A stretch of 64,000 bases of DNA from an uncultured Methanosarcinales archaeon (GTDB lineage Archaea; Nanobdellota; Nanobdellia; Woesearchaeales; ARS49), in NCBI GenBank assembly GCA_964637115.1, contig CAZWVL010000003.1:32001-96000 (forward strand), written 5' to 3'. The notes under the pieces are model-generated. The model was not told the DNA's origin and made no database searches. It was given only the letters and a program-made list of their open reading frames with translations. Made by a program: the position numbers and the translations under genes. This document shows, piece by piece, positions 18,462 to 27,345 of this stretch (position 1 is its first letter; the number at the start of each line of letters is the position of its first letter).

Positions 18462-19109
18462 ATGGATTTCAAAGCAAAAGGCTTGGTCATTGGCTGTCCA
18501 CTGCCGCGAAGCTTCTTTGAAGCAACTGGGACTGGTGAAAGCGACCACCAAATACACGCTGGCAGCTATCATTACGCCATGCAGGCAGCAGGTGTTGAAC
18601 GGGCAAATTTAATTCCATACACCAGCATTCTCCCTTCCATTGCACGCAAGATAACTGTTCAGGAAGGCATGGCGCGCATCCAACACGGCGCAGAAATGAA
18701 AGTCATCCAAGCAGCAGCACATGTTGACATTGCTGCTGGGCAAAAAAGAGCAACTGCCGCCATTCTGTACGGTTGGTTGCGACCAAAAAACGACAAAACA
18801 GCACCACACGCCGGCGGCTTAGTATGCGAGTACAACGGTGATGGAACCGCAGAAGAAGCTTACCAAAACCTTTACGCCTGCTTACAGGGATTGTTCAATA
18901 ATCCTGACAGAAACGGCTACGTCTTCGCAGACCATTACATGCTTGATGTTCAGCCAATGCTCTCAGCAACAATTGAACCAAAGAAACGGTTCGGCACTGC
19001 ATTGTGCGCGCTTGCATTTGTAGACTACTTAATACCTGTTCTTGCCCACAATCTGAATGGAAAAGTAGTCGAGCTCGCCCAGACTGTAATGGTACAACGC
19101 GGCGTTTAA
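18462..19109 (+). CDS. pdaD: Pyruvoyl-dependent arginine decarboxylase
   Basis: GTGESD...AGVERANLIPYTSILP self-cleavage region, GLVCEY, KRFGTALCALAF. Confidence 0.82.
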   Translation: MDFKAKGLVIGCPLPRSFFEATGTGESDHQIHAGSYHYAMQAAGVERANLIPYTSILPSIARKITVQEGMARIQHGAEMKVIQAAAHVDIAAGQKRATAAILYGWLRPKNDKTAPHAGGLVCEYNGDGTAEEAYQNLYACLQGLFNNPDRNGYVFADHYMLDVQPMLSATIEPKKRFGTALCALAFVDYLIPVLAHNLNGKVVELAQTVMVQRGV

Positions 19110-19603
19110 AGCTTCTCCATCGACAATTTAAACCACGGCGTATAATTCTGCGCATTCTTTTTGATGTCTTCCCTAAGCTCTTTCATAGAAATCCATTTCC
19201 AATTATTAGCTTCCTCTGGATTCAATTTTGGAACACCGTCATAAATGCCTTTGTAAACGTGCAAGAACTCGTGTTCGTGCATTCCCTTGTCAAGTGGCAC
19301 TTTGTAAATATAATCGAGCATCTTAGTCAAAGAACATTCAAAACCCATCTCTTCACGCAAACGGCGCTTCATGGCAGCCATTAAATCTTCTCCAGGCCTT
19401 GGATGGCCGCAGCACGCGTTTGTCCACAAGCCGCCGCCATGATATTTTGTCTTTGCTCTTAACTGCAGCATCATATCGCCTTTCGTGTTGTAAATAAGAA
19501 TTGAGAATGCGCGGTGAAGTTTTGCAAGACGATGCGTTTCCAGCTTTTCACCTATGCCGATCTGATTATCCTTCTCGTCCACCAAAATAACGTGCTCAAT
19601 CAT
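19106..19603 (-). CDS. idi: Isopentenyl-diphosphate delta-isomerase type 1
   Basis: [32 protein letters not shown]. Confidence 0.9.
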   Translation of the reverse strand: MIEHVILVDEKDNQIGIGEKLETHRLAKLHRAFSILIYNTKGDMMLQLRAKTKYHGGGLWTNACCGHPRPGEDLMAAMKRRLREEMGFECSLTKMLDYIYKVPLDKGMHEHEFLHVYKGIYDGVPKLNPEEANNWKWISMKELREDIKKNAQNYTPWFKLSMEKL

Positions 19604-20583
19604 TTTGCGAACGCCTTAGCAACAATCAACGGGAATAAAATAGTTACGTCTCCAAACACCTTGACGCTTCTCGCTTTTGGCAGGATTTTGCCCCAGCTGA
19701 CAGCTTCATCAGGACGTGCGCCACTGTCAGAACCGTCAAACTCCTGCGCGTTGTTGATGTAAACAGCGTAATCGCAGCCGTTTCTCATCATATTAGTGTT
19801 CAAAATGTGGTGTTTTACGACTCCGCTGCCAAGAATAATCAAGCCAGTTTTCTTTGCTTCAAACGTCAAATCGTTTAATCTCTTCATATCTCTTGCAATG
19901 TCAACAGCAAAGTCCGGATTTTTGAAGTTGAAAAAGTAAATCATGTCGCCCATACTTCCATCTGTAATTGCCGGGCAGAAAACAGGAATGTTGTTCTTAT
20001 GACACCAGTAATAAATTGATTCTTTGTTGTCAATTTCCTTGCCTAACCTGTCAACAAACTCGGATGGTGTGATTATTTTGCCGGTTTTCCGCTGCTCATC
20101 AGCCATTTTTTGCAATATTGGTGTCAGGAAATCCTCAAACTTGCAGTATCTGCTGTTTGGCACAAAAATATTGCCAGTCCTGTTGATTCCGCGTTTTCGC
20201 AAATCAGCGCCAGATGCTTCAAAATCGCCCAAAATAAAAGGTTCAATGCACTTGATAATGTCCTCTTCAACTCCGCCGGCAGTTGTTACTATAATGTCAA
20301 CCATTTTGTGCTCGGCAAGATAGCGGAAAACGTCTCTTAAGCCGGACGTGACCATGTTGGAAGTGTAGCCTAAGTAAATCGTGCACTTGTCCTTGCGCAT
20401 CTCCTTGATGAGCTCAATCGCCTTTGCTAAATGAGTTGCTTGGAAGCCGGTTGTTTGGAATGAATCAAGAATCTTGTCGTAGTCTACGCCCTGATTAAAA
20501 TCGTATCCCTGAATAGGTAAACCCTTCGGCTCATCGCTTTCGCGGAGCACGTTTTCATGTCCTTTTTTTAGTTTATCAGTCAT
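19600..20583 (-). CDS. dys: Deoxyhypusine synthase
   Basis: [36 protein letters not shown] with catalytic Lys. Confidence 0.96.
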   Translation of the reverse strand: MTDKLKKGHENVLRESDEPKGLPIQGYDFNQGVDYDKILDSFQTTGFQATHLAKAIELIKEMRKDKCTIYLGYTSNMVTSGLRDVFRYLAEHKMVDIIVTTAGGVEEDIIKCIEPFILGDFEASGADLRKRGINRTGNIFVPNSRYCKFEDFLTPILQKMADEQRKTGKIITPSEFVDRLGKEIDNKESIYYWCHKNNIPVFCPAITDGSMGDMIYFFNFKNPDFAVDIARDMKRLNDLTFEAKKTGLIILGSGVVKHHILNTNMMRNGCDYAVYINNAQEFDGSDSGARPDEAVSWGKILPKARSVKVFGDVTILFPLIVAKAFAK

Positions 20584-20668
20584 AGAGAAAGAACTAGTAA
20601 GAAGCGATTTATGAACGACTTCTAACCGATTCCATACCGGCTGATTCGTATACTGCAGTATATAAATC

Positions 20669-20806
20669 TTATGGCAGTAATAGAGCCAGCAAGCCGGTCA
20701 GGATAAAGTACAAGCCGATAATCCAGCGGATCATTCCTGGAAATGCTATTACCAAAATACCAAATACGATGCTGATTATGGCTAAAACCACTTTTGCGGA
20801 TACCAT
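20669..20806 (-). CDS. DUF3096-like small membrane protein (45 aa); correct frame not in ORF track
   Basis: Manual translation [45 protein letters not shown] after GGAGGTGA SD. Confidence 0.7.
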   Translation of the reverse strand: MVSAKVVLAIISIVFGILVIAFPGMIRWIIGLYFILTGLLALLLP

Positions 20807-20817
20807 GTGTCACCTCC

Positions 20818-21240
20818 TTACTTTTTTTCTTTGAAATCTAAAGCTAGCGAGTTAATGCAATATCTTTTGCCGGTCGGCTTTGGGCCGTCGTCAAACAAGT
20901 GCCCAAGATGTCCTTTACATTTCTTACAGACAACCTCAATACGGCGCATTCCTTCACTGAGATCTTCTTTTAACTCAACCGAGTCGCTCTTTTCAACGTC
21001 ATAAAAACTCGGCCAGCCAGTGCCGGACTCAAATTTCGTGCCAGAAGGGAATAATTCATTTCCGCAAGCTGCGCACACAAACATTCCTTTTCGTTTCTCG
21101 TGCAGCAGTTTTCCAGTGCCGGGAAATTCGGTCTGCTTCATGCGCAAAATGCGATATTGTTCTGGTGTCAGACAAGTCTTCCATTCTTTTTCTGATTTCT
21201 TTTCCACGAATATTTCATTGTTGGCAACCTTTAAATACAT
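20818..21240 (-). CDS. msrB: Peptide methionine (R)-sulfoxide reductase
   Basis: LTPEQYRILR, KFESGTGWPSF, GHLGHLFDDGP, RYCINS; two CxxC Zn ligands. Confidence 0.96.
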   Translation of the reverse strand: MYLKVANNEIFVEKKSEKEWKTCLTPEQYRILRMKQTEFPGTGKLLHEKRKGMFVCAACGNELFPSGTKFESGTGWPSFYDVEKSDSVELKEDLSEGMRRIEVVCKKCKGHLGHLFDDGPKPTGKRYCINSLALDFKEKK

Positions 21241-21259
21241 AACGCTTTGCCTTTATGAT

Positions 21260-21571
21260 ATGATACAATATAAGCAAAGATGCGCAATGTGCAAAAAGAA
21301 CATGGTGCTCATCACGGGCAGAAATCAATTCCCAATCTGCTATGATTGCCAGAAAAAAGAACTTTCAGGCGAAATAAAAGATCCGAAAATGAAAAAAATG
21401 TTTAACATTCCAGAAGAATATTACAAACAAAACGGTTTCTTAAGAGCAATAAAATCAAACTATCTCAAATTCGGCAAGCTAACAGACAAACAAATAGATG
21501 CGTTCAAAAAGACGGTGAAAGAGATGAAGGAAAAATGCGACTCCCCAAGCGATACGGACAGAGCCAGATAG
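21260..21571 (+). CDS. Zinc-finger protein (CxxC...CxxC)
   Basis: CAMC...CYDC, C-terminal GKLTDKQIDAFK; start moved from 21020 to ATG 21260. Confidence 0.6.
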   Translation: MIQYKQRCAMCKKNMVLITGRNQFPICYDCQKKELSGEIKDPKMKKMFNIPEEYYKQNGFLRAIKSNYLKFGKLTDKQIDAFKKTVKEMKEKCDSPSDTDRAR

Positions 21572-21783
21572 CGAAATGCCCATTCTGCGGACAGCAAGCG
21601 ACAAGCACCAATTTACAAAAAGTACCGGTTTGCCTGAAGCACAAAGAAGCGTCGTTACAGAACTTAAAATGTGCGTGCGGAAGCTACCTTGATATGAAAA
21701 CGGGCAAATGGGGGCCATTCTTCATCTGCATCAACTGCGGGCCAATCAATATGAGGAAAGCGTTGGAAGTAAACCAGCTGTAA
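21535..21783 (+). CDS. Double zinc-ribbon small protein
   Basis: CPFC...CLKH and CACG...KTGKWGPFFICINC (topoisomerase C4 zinc-ribbon-like). Confidence 0.65.
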   Translation: MRLPKRYGQSQIAKCPFCGQQATSTNLQKVPVCLKHKEASLQNLKCACGSYLDMKTGKWGPFFICINCGPINMRKALEVNQL

Positions 21784-21812
21784 TCATTTCTTGTTGTTGC
21801 ACAACAATCCCA

Positions 21813-22679
21813 TTATCCTTTTTCACGATGCCTGCCAAGCACGTCAAAGAACACGTCAAACACATTCTGGCCGGTATTTGAAGAATAGAACTGTGCGCCA
21901 GCCTCAGTGCATGCCTGCTGAAGTTTGTCAATATGCTCCTGCAGCATGCCTGAATATTGCTTGCGCGCAAAAGGATTAATAAAAGTTCTCAAAACTTCAT
22001 TAGTCTCTAAATCTTTCAGCTTGAAATCGCCTTCCAAGTCAAGATTTTTTTCAATCTTATCAAGAACTTGGATAAGCACTATTCTGTGATTCTTGAACAA
22101 GTACAACGCCTTTTTGATATCATCTACCGGGTAAAGGAAATCGCTGATGATAACCACATATGATCTTGAATTCAGCAGTTTCTTGTAACTCGAAAGAGAC
22201 TGCTCGAGCTTGCTCAAGCCTTTTGGCCTCTTGGTGTTCAGGAATTCAACCATTGAAGCCAGCTGGCCTCTTCCTTTTCTTGCCTTAAAAAACTCCAAAC
22301 TGTCTGAAAACGTGGAAAGAACGAATCTTTCATTATTCTTCAAGGCCAGATAAGCAAAACCAACGCCAACCATGCTGGCAAACTCTGCCTTAGTCATATT
22401 AGTTCCAAAACCCATACTCGCAGAAAAGTCAAGAATGATGTGCACGGCAAGATTGCGCTCTTCCTCATACCTTTTGACGTACAGCTTGTCAGTCCTGCCG
22501 AAAACACGCCAGTCAATACTTCTAAAATCCTCGCCAGGCGCGTAAATAGCGTGATCCTTGAAAATAAGACCACGGCCAGTTGCATGAGAGAATCTCTCGC
22601 CAACGTAGTTGGAAGTAATACGCTTATTGATAATCAAACTAAATCTATCCAGCTGGTGGAGAAACTCTTGGTCAATCAT
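21813..22679 (-). CDS. DUF58 (VWA-like) protein
   Basis: YAPGEDFRSIDWRVFGRTDKLYVKRYEEE, DFSASM, VIISDF. Confidence 0.93.
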   Translation of the reverse strand: MIDQEFLHQLDRFSLIINKRITSNYVGERFSHATGRGLIFKDHAIYAPGEDFRSIDWRVFGRTDKLYVKRYEEERNLAVHIILDFSASMGFGTNMTKAEFASMVGVGFAYLALKNNERFVLSTFSDSLEFFKARKGRGQLASMVEFLNTKRPKGLSKLEQSLSSYKKLLNSRSYVVIISDFLYPVDDIKKALYLFKNHRIVLIQVLDKIEKNLDLEGDFKLKDLETNEVLRTFINPFARKQYSGMLQEHIDKLQQACTEAGAQFYSSNTGQNVFDVFFDVLGRHREKG

Positions 22680-23611
22680 TTCAGGAGCGTCTTAATAACA
22701 TCGTCAGCATGCAAACCCTGTCTTTCCGCCTCAAAACTTAAAATAATGCGGTGGCGCATAACTGGAAATGCCATCTTGTTAATATCGTCCTTACTTACGT
22801 ACTTACGGCCCTCAATCAATGCGCGAGCTTTTGATGCAAGAATCAAACCAATACTTGCTCTCGGAGAAGCGCCAAACTCAATCAAATTCTTCTTCTGACG
22901 AGTAGAAGTAACGAGCTGCACGGCATACTTCTTGATGTCATTCGCAATAGGAATCATCCTTGTCATATTCTGCAAATACACCAAACTGTCCTTGTTCAGA
23001 ACAGGCTTCAAAGCGACCTTCTTGTGCTCTTCAGCAAACCTGTTAACAATCTCAACCTCCTCATCAAAAGTAGGATAATCAACCTTGATCTTCAGCAGGA
23101 AACGGTCTGCCTGAGCTTCAGGCAAAGGATAAGTGCCCTCCTGTTCAATCGGGTTCTGAGTTGCAAGCACGAAAAACGGTTCCTCCAACTTGAATGTAGT
23201 ATTACCTACAGTAACTTGATGTTCCTGCATAGCCTCAAGCATAGCAGACTGCGTTTTTGGAGTTGCACGGTTGATTTCATCTGCCAGCACAATATTGGCG
23301 AAAACAGGACCTGGCTGGAACTTGAAATTACGCTTTCCACCAGAAGTTTCCTCAATAATGTAAGTTCCTGTAATGTCCGACGGCATAAGATCGGGCGTGT
23401 TTTGAATACGCGAAAACTTCAAATCCAACAACTGCGCAAGAGTCTTTATGGTCAAAGTCTTTGCCAGCCCAGGATAACCTTCCAGCAATGCGTGAGAATC
23501 AGCCAATAATGCAACGCTGACCTCTTTAAGAACCTCTGTCTGGCCAACGACAACCTTGTTCAACTCGCTGAAAATGTAATCAAACGTTTTTTTCGCATCC
23601 TCTATTTTCAT
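22676..23611 (-). CDS. moxR: MoxR family AAA+ ATPase
   Basis: EGYPGLAKT Walker A, LADEINRATPKTQSAMLEAM, ATQNPIEQEGTYPLPEAQADRF. Confidence 0.96.
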   Translation of the reverse strand: MKIEDAKKTFDYIFSELNKVVVGQTEVLKEVSVALLADSHALLEGYPGLAKTLTIKTLAQLLDLKFSRIQNTPDLMPSDITGTYIIEETSGGKRNFKFQPGPVFANIVLADEINRATPKTQSAMLEAMQEHQVTVGNTTFKLEEPFFVLATQNPIEQEGTYPLPEAQADRFLLKIKVDYPTFDEEVEIVNRFAEEHKKVALKPVLNKDSLVYLQNMTRMIPIANDIKKYAVQLVTSTRQKKNLIEFGASPRASIGLILASKARALIEGRKYVSKDDINKMAFPVMRHRIILSFEAERQGLHADDVIKTLLK

Positions 23612-23653
23612 ATACAACACCTCGTGCTTTTTGGTATTTAATCTTTATGCTTC

Positions 23654-24439
23654 TTACGACTTCGTAATTTCCTTAAAGTATGTCTTAACTATTCTTTGAT
23701 ACTGCTTTGGGATGTTCTCCTCAAAGCTCACGTCTGTAGTAGCTTTAATATCAGAAGGCGCAACTTCCCTGAAAGTACGCTCTTCTGGCGGCTTGTACTT
23801 GCCAATCAACACATCACTCATAATCGGATTCAATTCAAGGTCAAGCTGCTGCTGGCCGAGCTCAGTAATACTCTTGTCACCCAAAATATCACTTAAGTTC
23901 TGGGACTCCTCATATTCAAGCAATTCCTGATTAACATCATATTCCTGGAACGGCTTAAACTCCCTGATTTCCTTCACAGCCTCCTTCAAATCAAGGAATT
24001 TCACGTTAAACGCGGCAGAGCCGATGATGATAAACGAAACAACAGCCATAACTGCAATTTCTCTAGTCAACTTGCCAAAATTCAAAAAAGAAGAAGTTTT
24101 GATTTCCTTCATCTTCTGCAAGACTTCCTGATTCAACGCATCAATAATCTCATTCTGCTCCTTCCAATTATCAGCAACAGTAATAAGCTGCTCTTTCAAG
24201 GCAGGAAATTTCTCCTCGATAGCTGCAAAGTGAACGTCCTTGATGTTGCCATACGTATGAATGACTGCATACGCTGCTGCAGGAACAAGCGCCCACCACC
24301 CGGGCAAGGACAACAATGTGCACGCCAACAACAATAAAATGTACGCTACTAAAATATCGATTATGCTGTTGAATAACACAACCTGCAAAACTGCTCTTTT
24401 TGCTTCTCTCAACGCTGATGTTATAGGTTTTACGGGCAT
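23654..24439 (-). CDS. Membrane protein of the MoxR/VWA operon
   Basis: TM segments, IEEKFPALKEQLITVADN; C-terminal VKTYFKEI; start moved to ATG 24439. Confidence 0.7.
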   Translation of the reverse strand: MPVKPITSALREAKRAVLQVVLFNSIIDILVAYILLLLACTLLSLPGWWALVPAAAYAVIHTYGNIKDVHFAAIEEKFPALKEQLITVADNWKEQNEIIDALNQEVLQKMKEIKTSSFLNFGKLTREIAVMAVVSFIIIGSAAFNVKFLDLKEAVKEIREFKPFQEYDVNQELLEYEESQNLSDILGDKSITELGQQQLDLELNPIMSDVLIGKYKPPEERTFREVAPSDIKATTDVSFEENIPKQYQRIVKTYFKEITKS

Positions 24440-24951
24440 GTGCACAACGCCTTTGCAGTCAAACAATTGTCTTTATCTCTCTTGTAATTATCACGCTGGT
24501 CTCCACAAACGTCAAGCTGTGAAGACAACTTGTCATTCTCTCCAGTTAAGGTAGTAACAAGATCTTTTTTAGCTTCAAGCTCAGACTGAGTTGAACGCAA
24601 TGAAGACTCTGTTGTTTCCAATTCGCTTTCCAACTGCTCTTTGGAACGCTCAAGCGCAACTTTCTGAGTTTCCAGCTGTTCTTTTGTAGTCTTGACTTCA
24701 GTGAACTTCTCGCCCAACTGCTCCTCACGCTCAGTCTTAACAGTCAATTCTGCCTTAATCTTGTCCAACAACGCCTGCTGAGTCTGTAAGTCCTTTGAAA
24801 TCAACTGCAGCTGCTGCACTTTCTGATTGTACTCAGTGTTAATCTTCTCAAAATTCATCTGGAAGAAAACAGTCGCGCCAACCAAAGATGCAGCACTCAA
24901 CATAATCAAAAACAGCAAAATCATATTCGCATTTTTTGTAATAAAGCCCAT
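24430..24951 (-). CDS. N-terminally anchored coiled-coil protein with Cys-rich tip
   Basis: One TM helix, long heptad repeats, ends CGDQ...NCLTAKALCTCP. Confidence 0.7.
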   Translation of the reverse strand: MGFITKNANMILLFLIMLSAASLVGATVFFQMNFEKINTEYNQKVQQLQLISKDLQTQQALLDKIKAELTVKTEREEQLGEKFTEVKTTKEQLETQKVALERSKEQLESELETTESSLRSTQSELEAKKDLVTTLTGENDKLSSQLDVCGDQRDNYKRDKDNCLTAKALCTCP

Positions 24952-24957
24952 TCTACA

Positions 24958-27345
24958 TCACTCCTTACGCACAAGTCTTCTTATAAATATTTCGACGAGG
25001 AACAAGATAACTGCAAGCATGATAAACGGCCAGCGAATATAATCTCTCGAGCTTATGACGCGCTTTGCCGTTGTCCTTGCGTGCTCAACAATTCCATTAA
25101 TGTCATTCGGATCAAACACCTTGCCTCCGGTTGAACCAGTAATCTTTTCCAATTCAGGATTCAAGCCAAGGTTTCCAAATTCTGTTTCATAATTCACGGC
25201 AAATTCTGCTCCGGCAGCGGACTGGAAGCCAACAGAAGTCGGCAAGATGCTGCCAGTATAAGTATCTTCATCAATCTTATAGAATACAACTCCTTCAGCT
25301 GTAGGCGGAATCGAACTTTTAATAGTAATTTCAGCAGGTTCGTTGATTCTGGTATCCTTTGCATCAATAAATGAAGCGCTCTTTCGCTCAGGGTCGCCGA
25401 TAGCCCAGTTCATTGTTCTCGCGATCAATCTTGAATTTCCTGACATCAACAATGAACCAGCCCACTTGCTGCCATCATCAACAGAGAAAGCAGCAACACG
25501 GCCAAGACCGAGGCGCCAGATGGTCAAAACAGGCTCGCCTGTAGATGTTGTTGCAAGCAATCTTGCAGCACTTTTTGGAGACACTTGATTATAACCATAT
25601 AACGTAGCGTTTGGATCAAAGTTTTCAGTAATAAAGTGATTCTTGTTCAAAATGACCAACTCCATCTGTCCTGACTTTGCCGCCTGCTCATCAGTAGGAC
25701 CAAACAAGATGTTAAGCTTGCTTTCATCAGTTGCCCTGAAATAAATACCGTTGCTGATTTCAGCCAAATCCATCATCGTCTTCTCATCAGTAGTAGGACC
25801 GACGCCAATCGTGTAAATCTTGATTCCATTGTTTGACGCGTATTTAGCAGCCTCATACGCCGAAGCAGGAGACTGTGTCTTTCCGTCGCTCAGAATGATT
25901 ATATTTTTGCTGCCGCCAAACTCACTTAACACGCTGATAGCTTTCAAAAGACCAGCGCCGATATTTGTGCCGCCGCCCCATTTGATGCGACTGATTATGT
26001 CCGGCAAGTCCTGTTTTGAAAACACCGGGCTTAATGCGCTAATCAGATATGCCTGGTTATTGAACGCAATAACTGACACTAAAGTATCAATTTTTACACT
26101 CTGAAGAATGCCAATAGCTGCTGCCTTCTCAAAATCAGCAGTGCTGGCAAACCTTCCAAATGGTGCTCCGGCGCTGCCTGAGATATCAATCACAATTGCC
26201 AGCGCCAAATCGCCTTCCTTCTTTTCAGGCTGGCCAACAAGAACAGGCAGCATTGTTTCAAAGATTGAATTGCGATAATTTCCCTTGTCAAATGAATTCT
26301 CTCCTCCAAACACCACAAGACCATTGCCATCTGCAACAAAATCGTTCAATATGTCTGTAGAAGTGTCTATATGGTCTGCAGGAATGTCATTCACGACAAC
26401 CGTATAATAATCAGTTAATTTTGGTGGAATGCTTGTGGCAGTATCAACAATGTACAACTGCTTCAGCAAAGTTTCCATTGGAGTAGACTTTTCGCTCAAA
26501 AGCAACACTTTTGGCTGAGGAACAACCTTGACAGTCTTGAAAAAGACATTATTGTTCGGGAAAAAGTCCTGCGCATCAATCTTTGCAGTAATCTTATGAG
26601 TTCCTTTGGGCAGCTGCCTTGTAAACTGATATGATTTGTCATTCGTCAGCTGGTCGTAAATAACCTCGCCATCGAGCGTGACTGTAAGTCTCACGCCCTG
26701 AATATTGCCAACACGATTAATGAAAACAGAAAATGTGTTTTCAGAATTTTCCAACGTCTTAGATGGGCCGAAAATCTCAACACTTGCATCATTCCTAATT
26801 GATTTCAGCTTGACGGCATTAATTGTCGCGTTTAATTTAGTCGCAAATAATGCAACATCGCCAAGATTGGCTCCGGAGTTCACGTTGCCATCTGACAGCA
26901 ATAAAATACTGCCGTGCGGTTCAAGATTATTAAGAACTGAATCGCCAATGTTTGAAATCGTATCAGAACCAACAACCTTGACTTCAGTGTTCAACTTTTT
27001 CTCAAGTTTGACAGCAAGCTGCTGAGAAATATCTTCAAACACTGCCATAGAAGTGCTATTGTCGACCAATAACTGCACAAACGCGTCTCCCTCGATAATC
27101 TTTTCCTTGTGGACGTATGGCGACGACAATGCAAGAAGCACGAGAATAACCAAAATACTGCGCGTGAAGAACATCAATCTTCTAACTCGCTTTTTCTGCA
27201 ATTTGACAATAAGCTCTTCCTTGAAAATGATGAACTCATGGCGCAAAATCCACCATATAAGCGGAATCAAGATGATTACGAGCAGCAATACCCAAGGATA
27301 TTCCATATGCGCGTATGCCCACTTCAATATGTCGGTAACGCTCAT
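24958..27345 (-). CDS. Membrane-anchored double-VWA plus GATase-like domain protein
   Basis: MIDAS motifs DNSTS and DISGS, ILLLSDG and IIILSDG, GLVVFGGENSF, WRLGLGRVA; N- and C-terminal TMs. Confidence 0.85.
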   Translation of the reverse strand: MSVTDILKWAYAHMEYPWVLLLVIILIPLIWWILRHEFIIFKEELIVKLQKKRVRRLMFFTRSILVILVLLALSSPYVHKEKIIEGDAFVQLLVDNSTSMAVFEDISQQLAVKLEKKLNTEVKVVGSDTISNIGDSVLNNLEPHGSILLLSDGNVNSGANLGDVALFATKLNATINAVKLKSIRNDASVEIFGPSKTLENSENTFSVFINRVGNIQGVRLTVTLDGEVIYDQLTNDKSYQFTRQLPKGTHKITAKIDAQDFFPNNNVFFKTVKVVPQPKVLLLSEKSTPMETLLKQLYIVDTATSIPPKLTDYYTVVVNDIPADHIDTSTDILNDFVADGNGLVVFGGENSFDKGNYRNSIFETMLPVLVGQPEKKEGDLALAIVIDISGSAGAPFGRFASTADFEKAAAIGILQSVKIDTLVSVIAFNNQAYLISALSPVFSKQDLPDIISRIKWGGGTNIGAGLLKAISVLSEFGGSKNIIILSDGKTQSPASAYEAAKYASNNGIKIYTIGVGPTTDEKTMMDLAEISNGIYFRATDESKLNILFGPTDEQAAKSGQMELVILNKNHFITENFDPNATLYGYNQVSPKSAARLLATTSTGEPVLTIWRLGLGRVAAFSVDDGSKWAGSLLMSGNSRLIARTMNWAIGDPERKSASFIDAKDTRINEPAEITIKSSIPPTAEGVVFYKIDEDTYTGSILPTSVGFQSAAGAEFAVNYETEFGNLGLNPELEKITGSTGGKVFDPNDINGIVEHARTTAKRVISSRDYIRWPFIMLAVILFLVEIFIRRLVRKE

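Noticed and set aside
20622-20813. Track [12 protein letters not shown]... (63 aa)
   Set aside because: Wrong frame; the DUF3096-like ORF 20669..20806 follows the strong SD
20818-21240. Selenocysteine or recoding in MsrB
   Set aside because: The catalytic residue is a plain Cys (RYCINS); no in-frame TGA
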